From Octopus sinensis (taxonomy: Eukaryota): a stretch of DNA of 41,327 nt. The stretch's first letter is position 1. Each line of letters opens with the position of its first letter. This document shows, piece after piece, positions 1 through 11,835 of this stretch. Location of the stretch: positions 1 through 41,327 of the forward strand of contig NW_021835259.1 in assembly GCF_006345805.1 (NCBI RefSeq), in the 5' to 3' direction. Under the pieces are notes generated by a model that made no database searches, had not been told where the DNA came from, and worked only from the letters and a program-made list of their open reading frames with translations. The position numbers and the translations under genes are program-made.

Positions 1-495
1 CTCTCTACTTCTTTTTCTCTTACTCTTTCTCTCCCCCTCTCTCTCTTTTTCTACTCTCTTTCTCAAGCTTCTTACACCTTCCACTCTCCTCCAATATTTC
101 TTTGCGCACTATTTCCTTTCCTCTTTCAATTTCAACGCGTCCTCCACTCTATCTATCATCATCATCATTTCTTCACAATCTCCTTCACACTTCCCCCTCT
201 ATTTTTCTTCTCGTCTTTTTGTCTCTTAGCCTCTCTCTATCACTTTCCTTCTCTTTCTGTAGTCTCTTTTTTCTCATACTCACATTGTTTACGTATGTAT
301 GTATGTGTGTATGTATGTATGTTAAGCATGTATGTATGGTATGTAGTATGTATGTATGTATGTATGTATGTATGTTTGTATGTATGTATGTATGCATATA
401 TATATGGTGTACATATTGATATATATATATATATATGTGTGTGTAGATATATTAATGTTTGTTTTTATTTTTTTATGTATATATTATGTATATAT

Positions 496-528
<33 letters not shown>

Positions 529-661
529 CCATACAACACACACACACACATATATTAATATATTATATATATATATATATATATAGAAAGGAAGAGAGAG
601 AGAGAGAGAGTGTATGTTGGTGCAAACGGAAAATAGAACTCAAAACATGAGTATATAGACG

Positions 662-792
662 TTTTTATTAATATTTAGAAGTAACCGAGTGACTCAAGGC
701 CCTAGAGTTTCGTCCGGCGACACTTAAGTGCCACGCCACGAAGCTATCGGACCATGAGTCACTCTGTTTCTTCTGCTAAATATTAATAAAAA
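662..792. repeat. Imperfect 131-bp inverted repeat (hairpin, MITE-like)
   Basis: tttttattaatatttag (662-678) pairs perfectly with 776-792; gagtgactca (687-696) pairs with tgagtcactc (755-764); further partial pairing inside. Confidence 0.8.
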
Positions 793-799
793 ATATATA

Positions 800-842
800 T
801 GAAAAACAATCAATATATATATATATATACAAACATATATAC

Positions 843-922
<80 letters not shown>

Positions 923-1400
923 CTGATTTCACGTTCCCGTACGTCGGACAGTTTTTGTTAAAACATATATATATGTATATGTATATGTATGTTAATTTAT
1001 GTATGTATGTATGTATGTGTATGTATGTATGTAATGTTATATATATATATATATATATACTACATATATAATATATTATAATATACATATATACATATAT
1101 ACATATATATATACACACATATATATAACATATACATATATATATATACATATATACATATATACATATATGCATATTTATATATATATATATATGCATA
1201 TTATATATACATATATGATATTTATATATATATTATATAATGCATATATATATATATTATATTATATATATATATATATATATATATGCATATATATATA
1301 TATATGCATATTATATATATATATATTTATATATATATATATATATATGCATATTTATATATATATATATTTATATATATATATATATATATGCATATAA
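800..1400. repeat. (TA)n/(TATG)n compound microsatellite
   Basis: Direct reading; explains the YI-repeat ORFs. Confidence 0.95.
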
Positions 1401-1789
1401 TAATATACATACATACACACACATCACATCGTTCCCTGTCACATACGATGCAGTTTATAACCCCACCGCCCACGCTCTCATTTCTCTCTTTCCCCATCCT
1501 CTCTCTAAACAAGTCTCTTTATTCTTTTACTTTTTACCTTCACCACCACCACCACACTGCCTTAGAGACACTACGTGGTCGTTCAGCTTGCTAGAAGAAG
1601 CAACCAAGTACACCTAACACCACACCCTATTTGGATAACAGTCCTAATGCATTCTCTGAAAGTAATCTGATTTGGTCATGGATGGAACGCATTGATCCTG
1701 GGTCTACTTAAACAGAGCTGATATGGGGCAAACATCATCAACAGCAGTTATTACTATAATGTGCATACACTATCTATCTATCTATCTAT

Positions 1790-1835
1790 CTACTATCTTC
1801 TTCTATCTATCTATCTATCTATCCATCCATCCATC

Positions 1836-1885
<50 letters not shown>

Positions 1886-1929
1886 GTATATCTATCTAAC
1901 ACTATCCATCATCTATCTATCTATCTATC

Positions 1930-1980
<51 letters not shown>

Positions 1981-1986
1981 CCATCC

Positions 1987-2019
<33 letters not shown>

Positions 2020-2073
2020 CTATCTATCTATCTATCCTATCTATCTATCTGTATTCTATCTAACTATCTATCC

Positions 2074-2149
<76 letters not shown>

Positions 2150-2225
2150 GTCGGTCTGTCTATCTATCTATCTATCTATCTAATCTATCTATCTACTATC
2201 TATCTATCTAGCTATCTATCTATCT
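1790..2225. repeat. (TATC)n microsatellite
   Basis: Direct reading. Confidence 0.95.
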
Positions 2226-2671
2226 ACTGTCCTCCTATCCCTTCTATCTCTTGCTTTCTCTCTTATACTCTCCTCCTCTCCCTATCTATCTTGCCCGCTC
2301 TCTTTCTCTCACCCCCCTCTCTCTCCCTTCTCTCTCTCTCCCTTGTCTCTCTCTCCCTCTCTCTCTGGTCTTCTCTCCGATTCTCTGGTCCCTGTCTCTT
2401 TCACTCTCTCTCACTCACTCTCACTCTCTTTCTATCTTTCTATCTCCACTCCTCTTCATCTCGCTAAATATCACTTCGTTTCTATTCATCATTCCTTCTA
2501 TTTTTACCGCCAATTTCTTATATATTTGCCTTCTAGCTGTTCTCTCTCTCCTCTTTCTATTTCTTTCCTTCAATTTTTCTCCAATTTCTCTGTCGCTTTT
2601 CTCTTAACTATTTTCTTACTGCTTCTCCCTCTCTTTCTCCTTTCTCCATATCTCTCTCTTTCTCTCTCTCT

Positions 2672-2705
<34 letters not shown>

Positions 2706-2846
2706 GTGTATTTCCATACATTTTCCCCTCCTCCAACTCAATTATATACTTTTTTTTACCAGTTCCATGTAATGATTTATTCTGTCCTTACGATTTCATC
2801 CTTTCACCAGACCCTCTAATTATCTGTCTGTCTATAAGACTGCCGA

Positions 2847-2913
<67 letters not shown>

Positions 2914-2957
2914 CTTATATCTATCTATCTATCTATCTATATTAATAAAAGCGAAAT

Positions 2958-2988
<31 letters not shown>

Positions 2989-3009
2989 ATCTGTCTATCT
3001 ATCTACCTC

Positions 3010-3040
<31 letters not shown>

Positions 3041-3433
3041 ACCTGTCTTACCTTCTGACAATGAATAATGTATATCTTTTTCTCATTCAATGTACACTCA
3101 CATGCATGCATTACACACACATACACACATATATATATACTTATATATTCATATACACGCATATATATATATACACACACAGACACAATAATATCTGTAT
3201 GTATATATATATATCTATGCACATGTCTATGGTTCTGTCTAGCAATTAGTTACATTCTCAGCCTGCCCATCTATCCATCTATCAATCAATATGTCTGCCT
3301 CTCTCTCTCTCTCCCCCTCTCTCCCTCTCTCTCTTTCTCTCTTTCTTTCACCGTATTTCTTTTTCACTCGTTCGTTCTCTGTCTTTATGTGTCTCTCAGT
3401 ATATCTTGATATCTATGTTCTATGTCATATACA

Positions 3434-3510
<77 letters not shown>

Positions 3511-4045
3511 GGATGTATATGTATATATATATATATATATTTGTAAGTAATATGTATGTGTGTCTATCTATATATATATATATATTATATATATATATAT
3601 ATATAGTATATGTATAATGCATAGCATATGCATACATACATACATATATACATACATACATATATACATACATATATATATACATACATGAGCCCACAAA
3701 TATAAAGCATAAATGCGCACAGACATCACACATCTAGACACACAATCATACACACACATACATAACCATACACACACATGTACATACATACATACACGCA
3801 ATCTATTTAATATTTATATTCATTACGAACCGTATTTGCATTCGACACCCACTTGAATATTGGATAGATGTAATGGTATGTATGTGTGAGTATAATATAT
3901 GTATGCATGCGTATAATATATGTATATATATATGATGTACGTATGGATATGTGAATGTATCAGTCTATATGTATATATGTATATATATAAGTCTCTGACA
4001 TTCCTGTACTATCACGGCCTACATCGATTTATTTTTAGCTTAGTT

Positions 4046-4083
4046 TAGTTCTGCAGAAGAACATAGGCTCGAAACGTCAAAGA
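4046..4083 (+). ncRNA. Degenerate minimal hammerhead-like motif (family E, CUGCAGA core)
   Basis: CTGCAGA-A-GAAC(ATAG)GCTC-GAAAC-GTC-AAAGA; stems I and II partly broken. Confidence 0.4.
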
Positions 4084-4272
4084 CTCTTCCATTTTCCTTC
4101 AGCGTCAAAGTAATGCACATTGTTTTTATTGTTCCTTCACCTTTCTCTGTATTTTTTCTTTTAACTTTTTTTTTCTGCACAATTTTGAACTATATATGTG
4201 TATGTATGTGTGTATGTATATATATATGTAAATATATACATACACACATACACCCCCCACACACATAATACA

Positions 4273-4304
<32 letters not shown>

Positions 4305-4518
4305 CTCTTTTACACTCTTTTACTTGTTTCAGTCATTCATTTACTGCGGCCATGCTGGAGCACCGCCTTTAATCGAGCAACTCGACCCGGGACTTATTCT
4401 TTGTAAGCCCATACTTTATTCTATCGGTCTCTTTTGGCCGAACCGCGAAGTAACGGGGACATAAACACACCAGCATCGGTTGTCAACCAATGCTAGGGAG
4501 ACAAACACAGACACACAA

Positions 4519-4580
<62 letters not shown>

Positions 4581-4761
4581 TATATATATATATACATATA
4601 TGCGACAGGCTTCTTTCAGTTTCCATCTACCAAATCCACTCACAGCTTTGGTCGGCCCGAGGCTATATAGAAGACACTTGCCCAAGGTGCCACGCAGTGG
4701 GACTGAACCCGGAACCATGTGGTTGGTAAAACAAGCTACTTACCACACAACCACACCTGCG

Positions 4762-4764
<3 letters not shown>
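4305..4764 (-). mobile_element. SINE family A (tRNA-derived, internal TA/TG microsatellite), full length
   Basis: Head aggcgcaggtgtggttgtgtgg with B-box-like ggttcagtccc; tail gaaacaagtaaaagag; many near-identical copies in the window. Confidence 0.9.
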
Positions 4765-4808
<44 letters not shown>

Positions 4809-5094
4809 TTGGAAATGGATGCGTGGCGTTCGATCATATAATAATATAAAAATATATAAATATATGCATATATACATACATATATGTACATACCTACACA
4901 TGCATGTATATATATACATACATATATGGGTACAGGACATTAAAAAACATGAACAAATGAAAAACAAATGAACATAAACAAACAAAAGCATGGAAAACGA
5001 ACTTGTTTTTGCGAACAACGAAAGAAACAACTAGAGAAACGAGACAGGCAACATAAAGAACAATTCCTTCATCATTTGTCCCCTGTTTTATCTA

Positions 5095-5866
5095 TTCCGC
5101 GTGGAACCTCTGTTGGTGCAACTACGCCAGCGCTCTTGCGTTGGCGTTTTCTATGTGTCAGGGTTGATCTCAAAGCTCATCAGCGAGGCTTTGAATGTAT
5201 CCTAGAAGTGCTTTTTCTGCCCGCCTTGTAGGCGCTTGTCTTCTGCCAGTTCTTCTTTAAAGCAGTTTCTTGGAGCGTCTTGTGTCAGGCATTCGAACAA
5301 GGTGGCCTGACTTGCGCTCTCCTCAGCAGTCTGTAAATGCTTGGCAGATGAGCTAACCAGAGGCCTACCGTGTTTGGACCTTGTCTTGCCAGGAGGTTTT
5401 CAACAGCTTTCTCAGATATTTCATGATGAAGCGGTTCGACTTTTTGGCGTGGTGTTCGTAAACCGTCTAAGTCTCGCAGCCATACAATAGCGTAGGCCAT
5501 ACAGCTGTTTCGTACACCTTCAACTCGGAGGCCAGACTAATAATCTCTCTTATTTCACACTGATTCACGTAGCTGCCTGAATGCCGAGCTTCCGTTTGCA
5601 ATGCGTGTGTCGAATTCGTTGTCAATGTTTACAGATCTGGAGATTGTGCTGCCGAGGAGCTTGAACTTATCAACAACCTTCAGGGTTTCTCCTTTGACAG
5701 TGACAGTTGGTCCAACAGACGGCTTCTGCCGAGTAGCTTGGTGCATGACATTTGTCTTCTGAGTACTTATCGTGAAGCCAAAGTTGTTGTGAGCAGTGGA
5801 AAAGCGGTTAATGCTCTGCTTCATCTGGGTCACTGTGGCGGCGTTGAGTGCACAGTCGGCTGCGAA
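5095..5866 (-). mobile_element. RTE/BovB-like LINE fragment (RT C-terminus), decayed
   Basis: FAADCALNA...NFGFTISTQKTNVMHQ...VDKFKLLGSTISR...DTRIANGSSAFRQLRESV, then broken-frame CETWTVY/WQDK-like segments; catalytic FADD reads FAAD. Confidence 0.9.
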
Positions 5867-5887
5867 CACACACACACACACACACAC

Positions 5888-5926
<39 letters not shown>

Positions 5927-6749
5927 ACTCACACACACACACACACACACTCACACACGTACGCACTCACCCACACTCACGCACACACTCACACACACAC
6001 GCACTCACCCACACTCACACACACACTCACATACGCACGCACTCACACACACTCACACACTCACACACTCACACACACTCACACACACACGCACTCAACC
6101 ACACTCATACACTCTCACACACACACACACTCACACGCACACACACTCACACACACACTGACACGCACACACACTCACACACACACACTCTCACACACAC
6201 ACACACACTCACACACGTACGCACTCACCCACACTCACGCACACACTCACACACACACGCACTCACCCACACTCACACACACACTCACATACGCACGCAC
6301 TCACACACACTCACACACTCACACACTCACACTCACACACACACGCACTCACTTACACTCATACACTCACACACACACACACACTGACACGCACACACAC
6401 TCACACACACACTGACACGCACACACACACTCACACACACACACTCACACACACACATACACACACACGTACGCACTCACCCACACTCCCGCACACACTC
6501 ACACACACACCACCCCACACCCACCACTCACACACACACACTCACATACGCACGCACTCACACACACTCACACACACACACTCACCACCCTCTCCACACA
6601 CGCACACACACACTCACTCACACACGCTCACACACACTCACACACTCAACATACACACACACACGCACTCACACACACACTCACACACACACTCACACAC
6701 TCACACACACCCACTCACACACTCACACACACTCTCACACACACACTCA

Positions 6750-6780
<31 letters not shown>

Positions 6781-6790
6781 CACACCACAC
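5867..6790. repeat. Complex (CA)n tract with a ~255-bp higher-order unit
   Basis: Marker cgtacgcactcacccacactc recurs at 5958, 6216 and 6468. Confidence 0.85.
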
Positions 6791-7058
6791 GTGTGACCAC
6801 ATCGAACAAAGAGAGGCCCCTGGACTGAATAGTATGAAATCACTGACATACCCCGTCTCTGGGTCCTTCACTGGTCATCTGTCCACATTTTCTGTCGCCT
6901 TTAATTATTAGAGATCTGGCTAGTCTCATGCATTCTCCATCTACAATTTTTTTTTACTAATTTCTCAGTCTCTCTCTTGCATTCATCAGCCATGTTCTGT
7001 TCAATCCTCCCCAGGTCCGGCATAAACCACATCGCTCAATATACTCTTCATTCTCAAA

Positions 7059-7161
7059 ATGTCGGCTGCCGGGAATTTTCTTCGTTTTGTTTTGTGTTTT
7101 TCACAATTACTGATTTGATTGGTTTGTAGCCGTTTCACGTTTCGGAAAATCTGCAATCAGC
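7059..7161 (+). other. Possible first exon or 32-nt micro-exon
   Basis: caaaATGtcggctgcc at 7059; branch-like ctgat and tag| at 7129; strong donor GTGAGT at 7162; ATG frame has TGA at codon 20. Confidence 0.25.
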
Positions 7162-7345
7162 GTGAGTATTGCAACTTCTTTGAGATCAGGCAGAGAGAGG
7201 GAGAGAGAGAGGGGGTAGAGAGAGAGGGGGAGAGAGAGAAGAGAAAGGTGTATTCAAGTGAGTATTTATGAATGTGTGTGTGTGTGTCTAAATGCTTCTC
7301 TGTAACAATTGCCAACTCCTTCGTATTTCTTCTCAGAAGACCACG

Positions 7346-7376
<31 letters not shown>

Positions 7377-7867
7377 TAAAAGCACGTTTATCTTCTCTTC
7401 TGTCTTTCTCTATTTTAAACTCTTTTCAATTCTTTCTTCCTCCAACGTCTGACGTCAATATATTTTCTTCTATTACTCCTCCTTCTATCTCTTATACTCG
7501 CTACATACTTCATCCCAATCTTTCTTTCTTCTTTCCTTTCTTTCTTTCTTCTTTCTTTCTTTCCGCGTTATTCATTCCCCCCTTCAAACACATCGACTTT
7601 ATACATCTCTTTCTTGCTCACCTCCCCCCTCTCTCTCTCCCTCTCTCGCTCGTTCTCTGTTGCCTCCTGCAAGCGTGACATTTCTTCAGCGAGACGAAAC
7701 GAAAAACAAAAAGAAATGGCATATGACTCGGCCCATATATGTGTGTGTGTTGTGTTTACACTTATACAAATACAAACGTGCATATATATATATATACCGG
7801 AGCAAACACATAAATGTGAAACAAGGTGGAAAAAAAGAGTACTCAAATACCAGTGGTAGAGTAATAT

Positions 7868-7946
7868 GCTTTATTTAACAAAATCTGTTACTCTGAGTTT
7901 CTCGTTGCCGTTCATCAGACAGTTTTTCTGCTGCTTTAAATAAAGT
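7868..7946 (-). ncRNA. Extended type I hammerhead ribozyme candidate
   Basis: ctgt-CTGATGA-aCG(GCAA)CGa-GAAAC-t(cag)a-GTA-acag; stem I extended by aaaa/tttt and a 10-bp outer helix; 10.1-11.1 position is A.A rather than G-C. Confidence 0.6.
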
Positions 7947-7980
7947 ATATATATATATATATTTTTTATTTTATAGAAGG

Positions 7981-8030
7981 AGCTTCACAGGACTAGAACT
8001 GTTTCATTCAAAAGAAATCATCAGGAAGCT
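7981..8030 (-). ncRNA. Second, imperfect hammerhead-like motif
   Basis: agcttc-CTGATGA-tttc(tttt)gaat-GAAAC-agttcta-GTC-ctgt-gaagct; stem I displaced by a 4-nt bulge. Confidence 0.35.
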
Positions 8031-8602
8031 AGGTGACAAGAATAGTTTTGTGGCATTATACACTTAGGCAGGTTTAAGGGGTGGTGGTGGGGGACTTTTG
8101 GGGTAGGCATGGCGCAAACTATCATTCTTAGGGAGTGGTCAAAGGAATCAGTGATAAAGTAGATAAAAGAATAAATAGAATAATAGAGTTTACATACACA
8201 TACCCACATACATCCATATACACATGTACATATGCACCCCTTTACATACATCTACGTACTCACCCATACCCGTACTCATACATACATACATATATATGTA
8301 CATATATATATTTATATATATATAAATATATAAGTATATACTATATATATAATGTATGTAATATATCATATATACATACACACTCCAGACCTCTCATACA
8401 CTATACTCTCTCATACCACACACATCACTCTCTCATACACACACACACACTCTTCTCATCACACACACACTCTTATGTGGAGCGAGGTCATTTAATCCTA
8501 TTATCTCCCCTAATTTCGCTCTTGCGTCTCACGTTTGATCTTTGACTTCTGGCCGAAATCAGATCGCCATGTTGATTCGCTAGCCTCTGCACGCAATATT
8601 TT

Positions 8603-8808
8603 TTTTGTCTCTCCTTCTTTCTGTGTTTTTTTCTCTGTGTATCTTTCTGTTGAAGAGCGTAGGCTCGAAATGTTAAAGACTTGTTTATTTATATTTCCTG
8701 AGCGCCATACTAATACAATTGTTTGTTTGTATTCCACCTGCCTTCGTCTTTTGTTTATTTCCGTAAACCTGCCTTCGTCTTTTGTCTATTTTCATAAAGC
8801 TTCCCGTT
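8603..8808 (+). mobile_element. Family E short dispersed repeat (putative Penelope-like non-autonomous element) with hammerhead-like motif at 8642-8679
   Basis: TCTTT-CTGTTGA-A-GAGC(GTAG)GCTC-GAAA-TGTT-AAAGA; body shared with copies at 24780, 29739 and 39870; ends at a (TA)n tract. Confidence 0.7.
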
Positions 8809-8840
8809 ATATATATATATATATATATATACATATATAT

Positions 8841-9180
8841 AGGCACAGGAGTGGCTGTGTGGTAAGTAGCTTGCTAACCAACCACATGGTGAGTGGATTT
8901 CGCAGACGGAAACTGAAAGAAGCCTGTCGTATATATTTTTGTATATATATATGTGTGTGTATGTGTTTGTGTGTCTGTGTTTGTCCCCCTAGCATTGCTT
9001 GACAAACGATGCTGGTGTGTTTACGTCCCCGTCACTTAGCGGTTCGGCAAAAGAGACCGATAGAATAAGTACTGGGCTTACAAAGAATAAGTGTCGGGGT
9101 CGATTTGCTCGACTAAAGGCGGTGCTCCAGCATGGCCGCAGTCAAATGACTGAATCAAGTAAAAGAGTAAAAAAGAGAGA
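8841..9180 (+). mobile_element. SINE family A, internally deleted
   Basis: Head jumps from catggt to gagtggatt; intact 3' half. Confidence 0.9.
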
Positions 9181-9213
9181 GTAAGCATGTCGTACAGATA
9201 AACCATGTTACTT

Positions 9214-9298
9214 GTTGGTTTCATGCTAAATATCCGACGATTGCAATATATATATATATATGTATACACAATCGTCGGATATTTAGCATGAAACCAAC
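9214..9298. repeat. Perfect 30-bp inverted repeat with 25-nt TA-rich spacer
   Basis: 9214-9243 is the exact reverse complement of 9269-9298. Confidence 0.95.
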
Positions 9299-9318
9299 TA
9301 TATATATGAAATTAAATA

Positions 9319-9602
9319 AATGGCAACGGAACAGGAAGTTATGTAATGAACTTCCATAAGTTTAAAGCTGTTTCTGCAACGGGATGCAATGCTCTCGGTA
9401 CTTGTTCATTACCTTATAGCTTCCTCGGAGCTTCAAGAATCTGTGTATCGTACACCAGAGAGGTCATTACACCAACGATAAAGACACGCACTGGTTCAAT
9501 TTCACTTCCTTATTACTGCTTGACAATTGGTTAACTGTTTAACCAACTAACTAATTATTTGCTTAATCGTTTTGTAAATCAATCAGTCGTTCCGTTGCCA
9601 TT
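9319..9602. mobile_element. Possible MITE with 14-bp terminal inverted repeats
   Basis: aatggcaacggaac (9319-9332) / gttccgttgccatt (9589-9602); single copy, no clear TSD. Confidence 0.35.
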
Positions 9603-9645
9603 CGCAACCTCTCCGATGACATGTTCTCTCTGCGTTTTAAAAGAT

Positions 9646-10038
9646 ACTAGCAGTATCGCCCGGTGTTGCTCGGATTTGTTTTGACCCTTTAGAATTGGAA
9701 TTTTTGAAAAGTAAAAATTCTGCATTATGCAGCTTGTTATTCTCTTTAAGTGAACATTTTTCTGGTTGAAATACACCGCAAAATGGTGACACAGCAGTAA
9801 AAAAATCGTAAAAAAATAGGATTTTCCATAGAAAAAAAAGCACCTTTTTGATGCAAATAATTTTTGGTGTTAACATGGTCCGATTTGAAGTTTTTTTCTA
9901 CAGAAGGAAGAGCAAGCCTTCTTCTATCATACTCTCAATTTTGGTCAACTTGCGCCACAGGGTCTCGGAGGAGATAGTCTTAGTTGAAGGCTACTGAACC
10001 TGCCATACACAGACAACTTCAGCTTTATATAGAGAGAT
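9646..10038 (+). mobile_element. Non-autonomous Helitron/Helentron-like element
   Basis: 5' actagcagtatcgcccgg.gttgctcgg with short hairpin; 3' acaacttcagctttatatagagagat; termini shared with 23086 and 23988 copies, interior different. Confidence 0.65.
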
Positions 10039-10287
10039 ATTCAGATAAGGCTTTGTCGATCGGTCTCCTTTTATATTTTTTCAAACACATTCAAGCGACG
10101 ATTTTATTCGGCACGAAAGCCGGAACTGTTCGTAGGACTTTTGAGCAGTCAAACATTTATCTAAGGTTGCTCTGGTTTTACTTATTGAGTTTTCTAACCT
10201 ATTGCATCTTGATTAATCAACAATATAATATATATGTGTGTGTGTGTCAGTGAGCGAATGGGTGAGTGAGTGAGTGAGTGAGTACTT

Positions 10288-10319
<32 letters not shown>

Positions 10320-10336
10320 ATGAGTGTGTGAGAGTA

Positions 10337-10374
<38 letters not shown>

Positions 10375-10376
<2 letters not shown>

Positions 10377-10605
10377 TCTTTATTGCCCACAAGGGGCTAA
10401 ACATAGAGGGGACAAACAAGGACAGACAGACGAATTAAGTCGATTACATCGACCCCCAGTGCGTAACTGGTACTTAATTTATCGACCCCGAAAGGATGAA
10501 AGGCAAAGTCGACCTCGGCGGAGTTTGAACTCAGAGCGTAACGGTAGACGAAATACGGCTACGCATTTCGCCCGGCGTGCTAACGGTTCTGCCAGCTCGC
10601 CGCCT
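10375..10605 (-). mobile_element. SINE family B (tRNA head, CORE-like body), full length
   Basis: aggcggcgagctggcagaa head, gagttcaaactcc B-box, gcctttcatcctttcggggtcgataaattaagtaccag body; matches 31504 copy. Confidence 0.9.
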
Positions 10606-10622
10606 TTTATGTACATATATAT

Positions 10623-11100
<478 letters not shown>

Positions 11101-11415
11101 ATATATATATATATCTATATATATTATATATATGTGTGTGTGTGTGTTGTGTTAAACACACACACACACACACACACACATATAGATAGATGATTGATAG
11201 ATAGACAGATAGATAGATAGACACACACGCACATAAGTGTTGTATGCATATTTTACTTTATGTACGTATACACTTTCTGTATGTATACATACACACACAT
11301 ACACGCGCGCATGTATATAGTCAATTCAAATAAACGAACGATAAAATTAACAATAAGAAGCAAGAGGACGTGCACAAGGAATGGATTAATCTGATGCTCA
11401 ATAAAAGGAGAGAGT

Positions 11416-11450
11416 GTTTGACGTTTCGCGCATAGCTCTTCATCAGAAAA
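11416..11450 (-). ncRNA. Minimal type I hammerhead motif with canonical core (Penelope-like context)
   Basis: TTTT-CTGATGA-A-GAGC(TAT)GCGC-GAAAC-GTC-AAAC; palindromic ACGT replaces stem III; one mismatch in stem II. Confidence 0.55.
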
Positions 11451-11709
11451 GAAAAAGGGAAAAGTCCAAAGAAGGAAAGAAAACATCACCAACAGCACGT
11501 GTGGAGTTACATTACTGAAGTGACCGGAAGTAGAAAGAGGATATATATATCTATATATATATAAACGTTTGTTTTTATGACATATTATCATAAAAAGAAT
11601 TTTATATTAAACCAAAAGATTATTCAATACCATTTGTAGGTATTTATTATAGTCTTACTAGAGGTGACAGTGACTTCGAAGTTCAGTCCAGCTAACCTCC
11701 ATCGGACTG

Positions 11710-11763
11710 TTTCTATCTCTCTCTCTATCTCTCTATCTATCTATCTGTCTGTCTATCTGTCTG

Positions 11764-11835
<72 letters not shown>

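Noticed and set aside
687-764. Hammerhead on the minus strand of the 662-792 hairpin (GGAC-GAAAC-TC...GA-GTC)
   Set aside because: Upstream core reads CTCATG rather than CTGANGA and stem I cannot form next to it; the palindrome explains the pairing
1555-1745. Possible SINE 3' fragment
   Set aside because: Resembles a retroposon tail, but has no head and no second copy in the window to support it
2935-2990. Helitron 5' end (tctatattaataaaagcg)
   Set aside because: Too short; dissolves into microsatellite with no 3' hairpin or end
4944-5090. Penelope-like repeat with ATGATGAAGG core remnant
   Set aside because: Core C3 is missing, no GAAA half, and no second copy in the window
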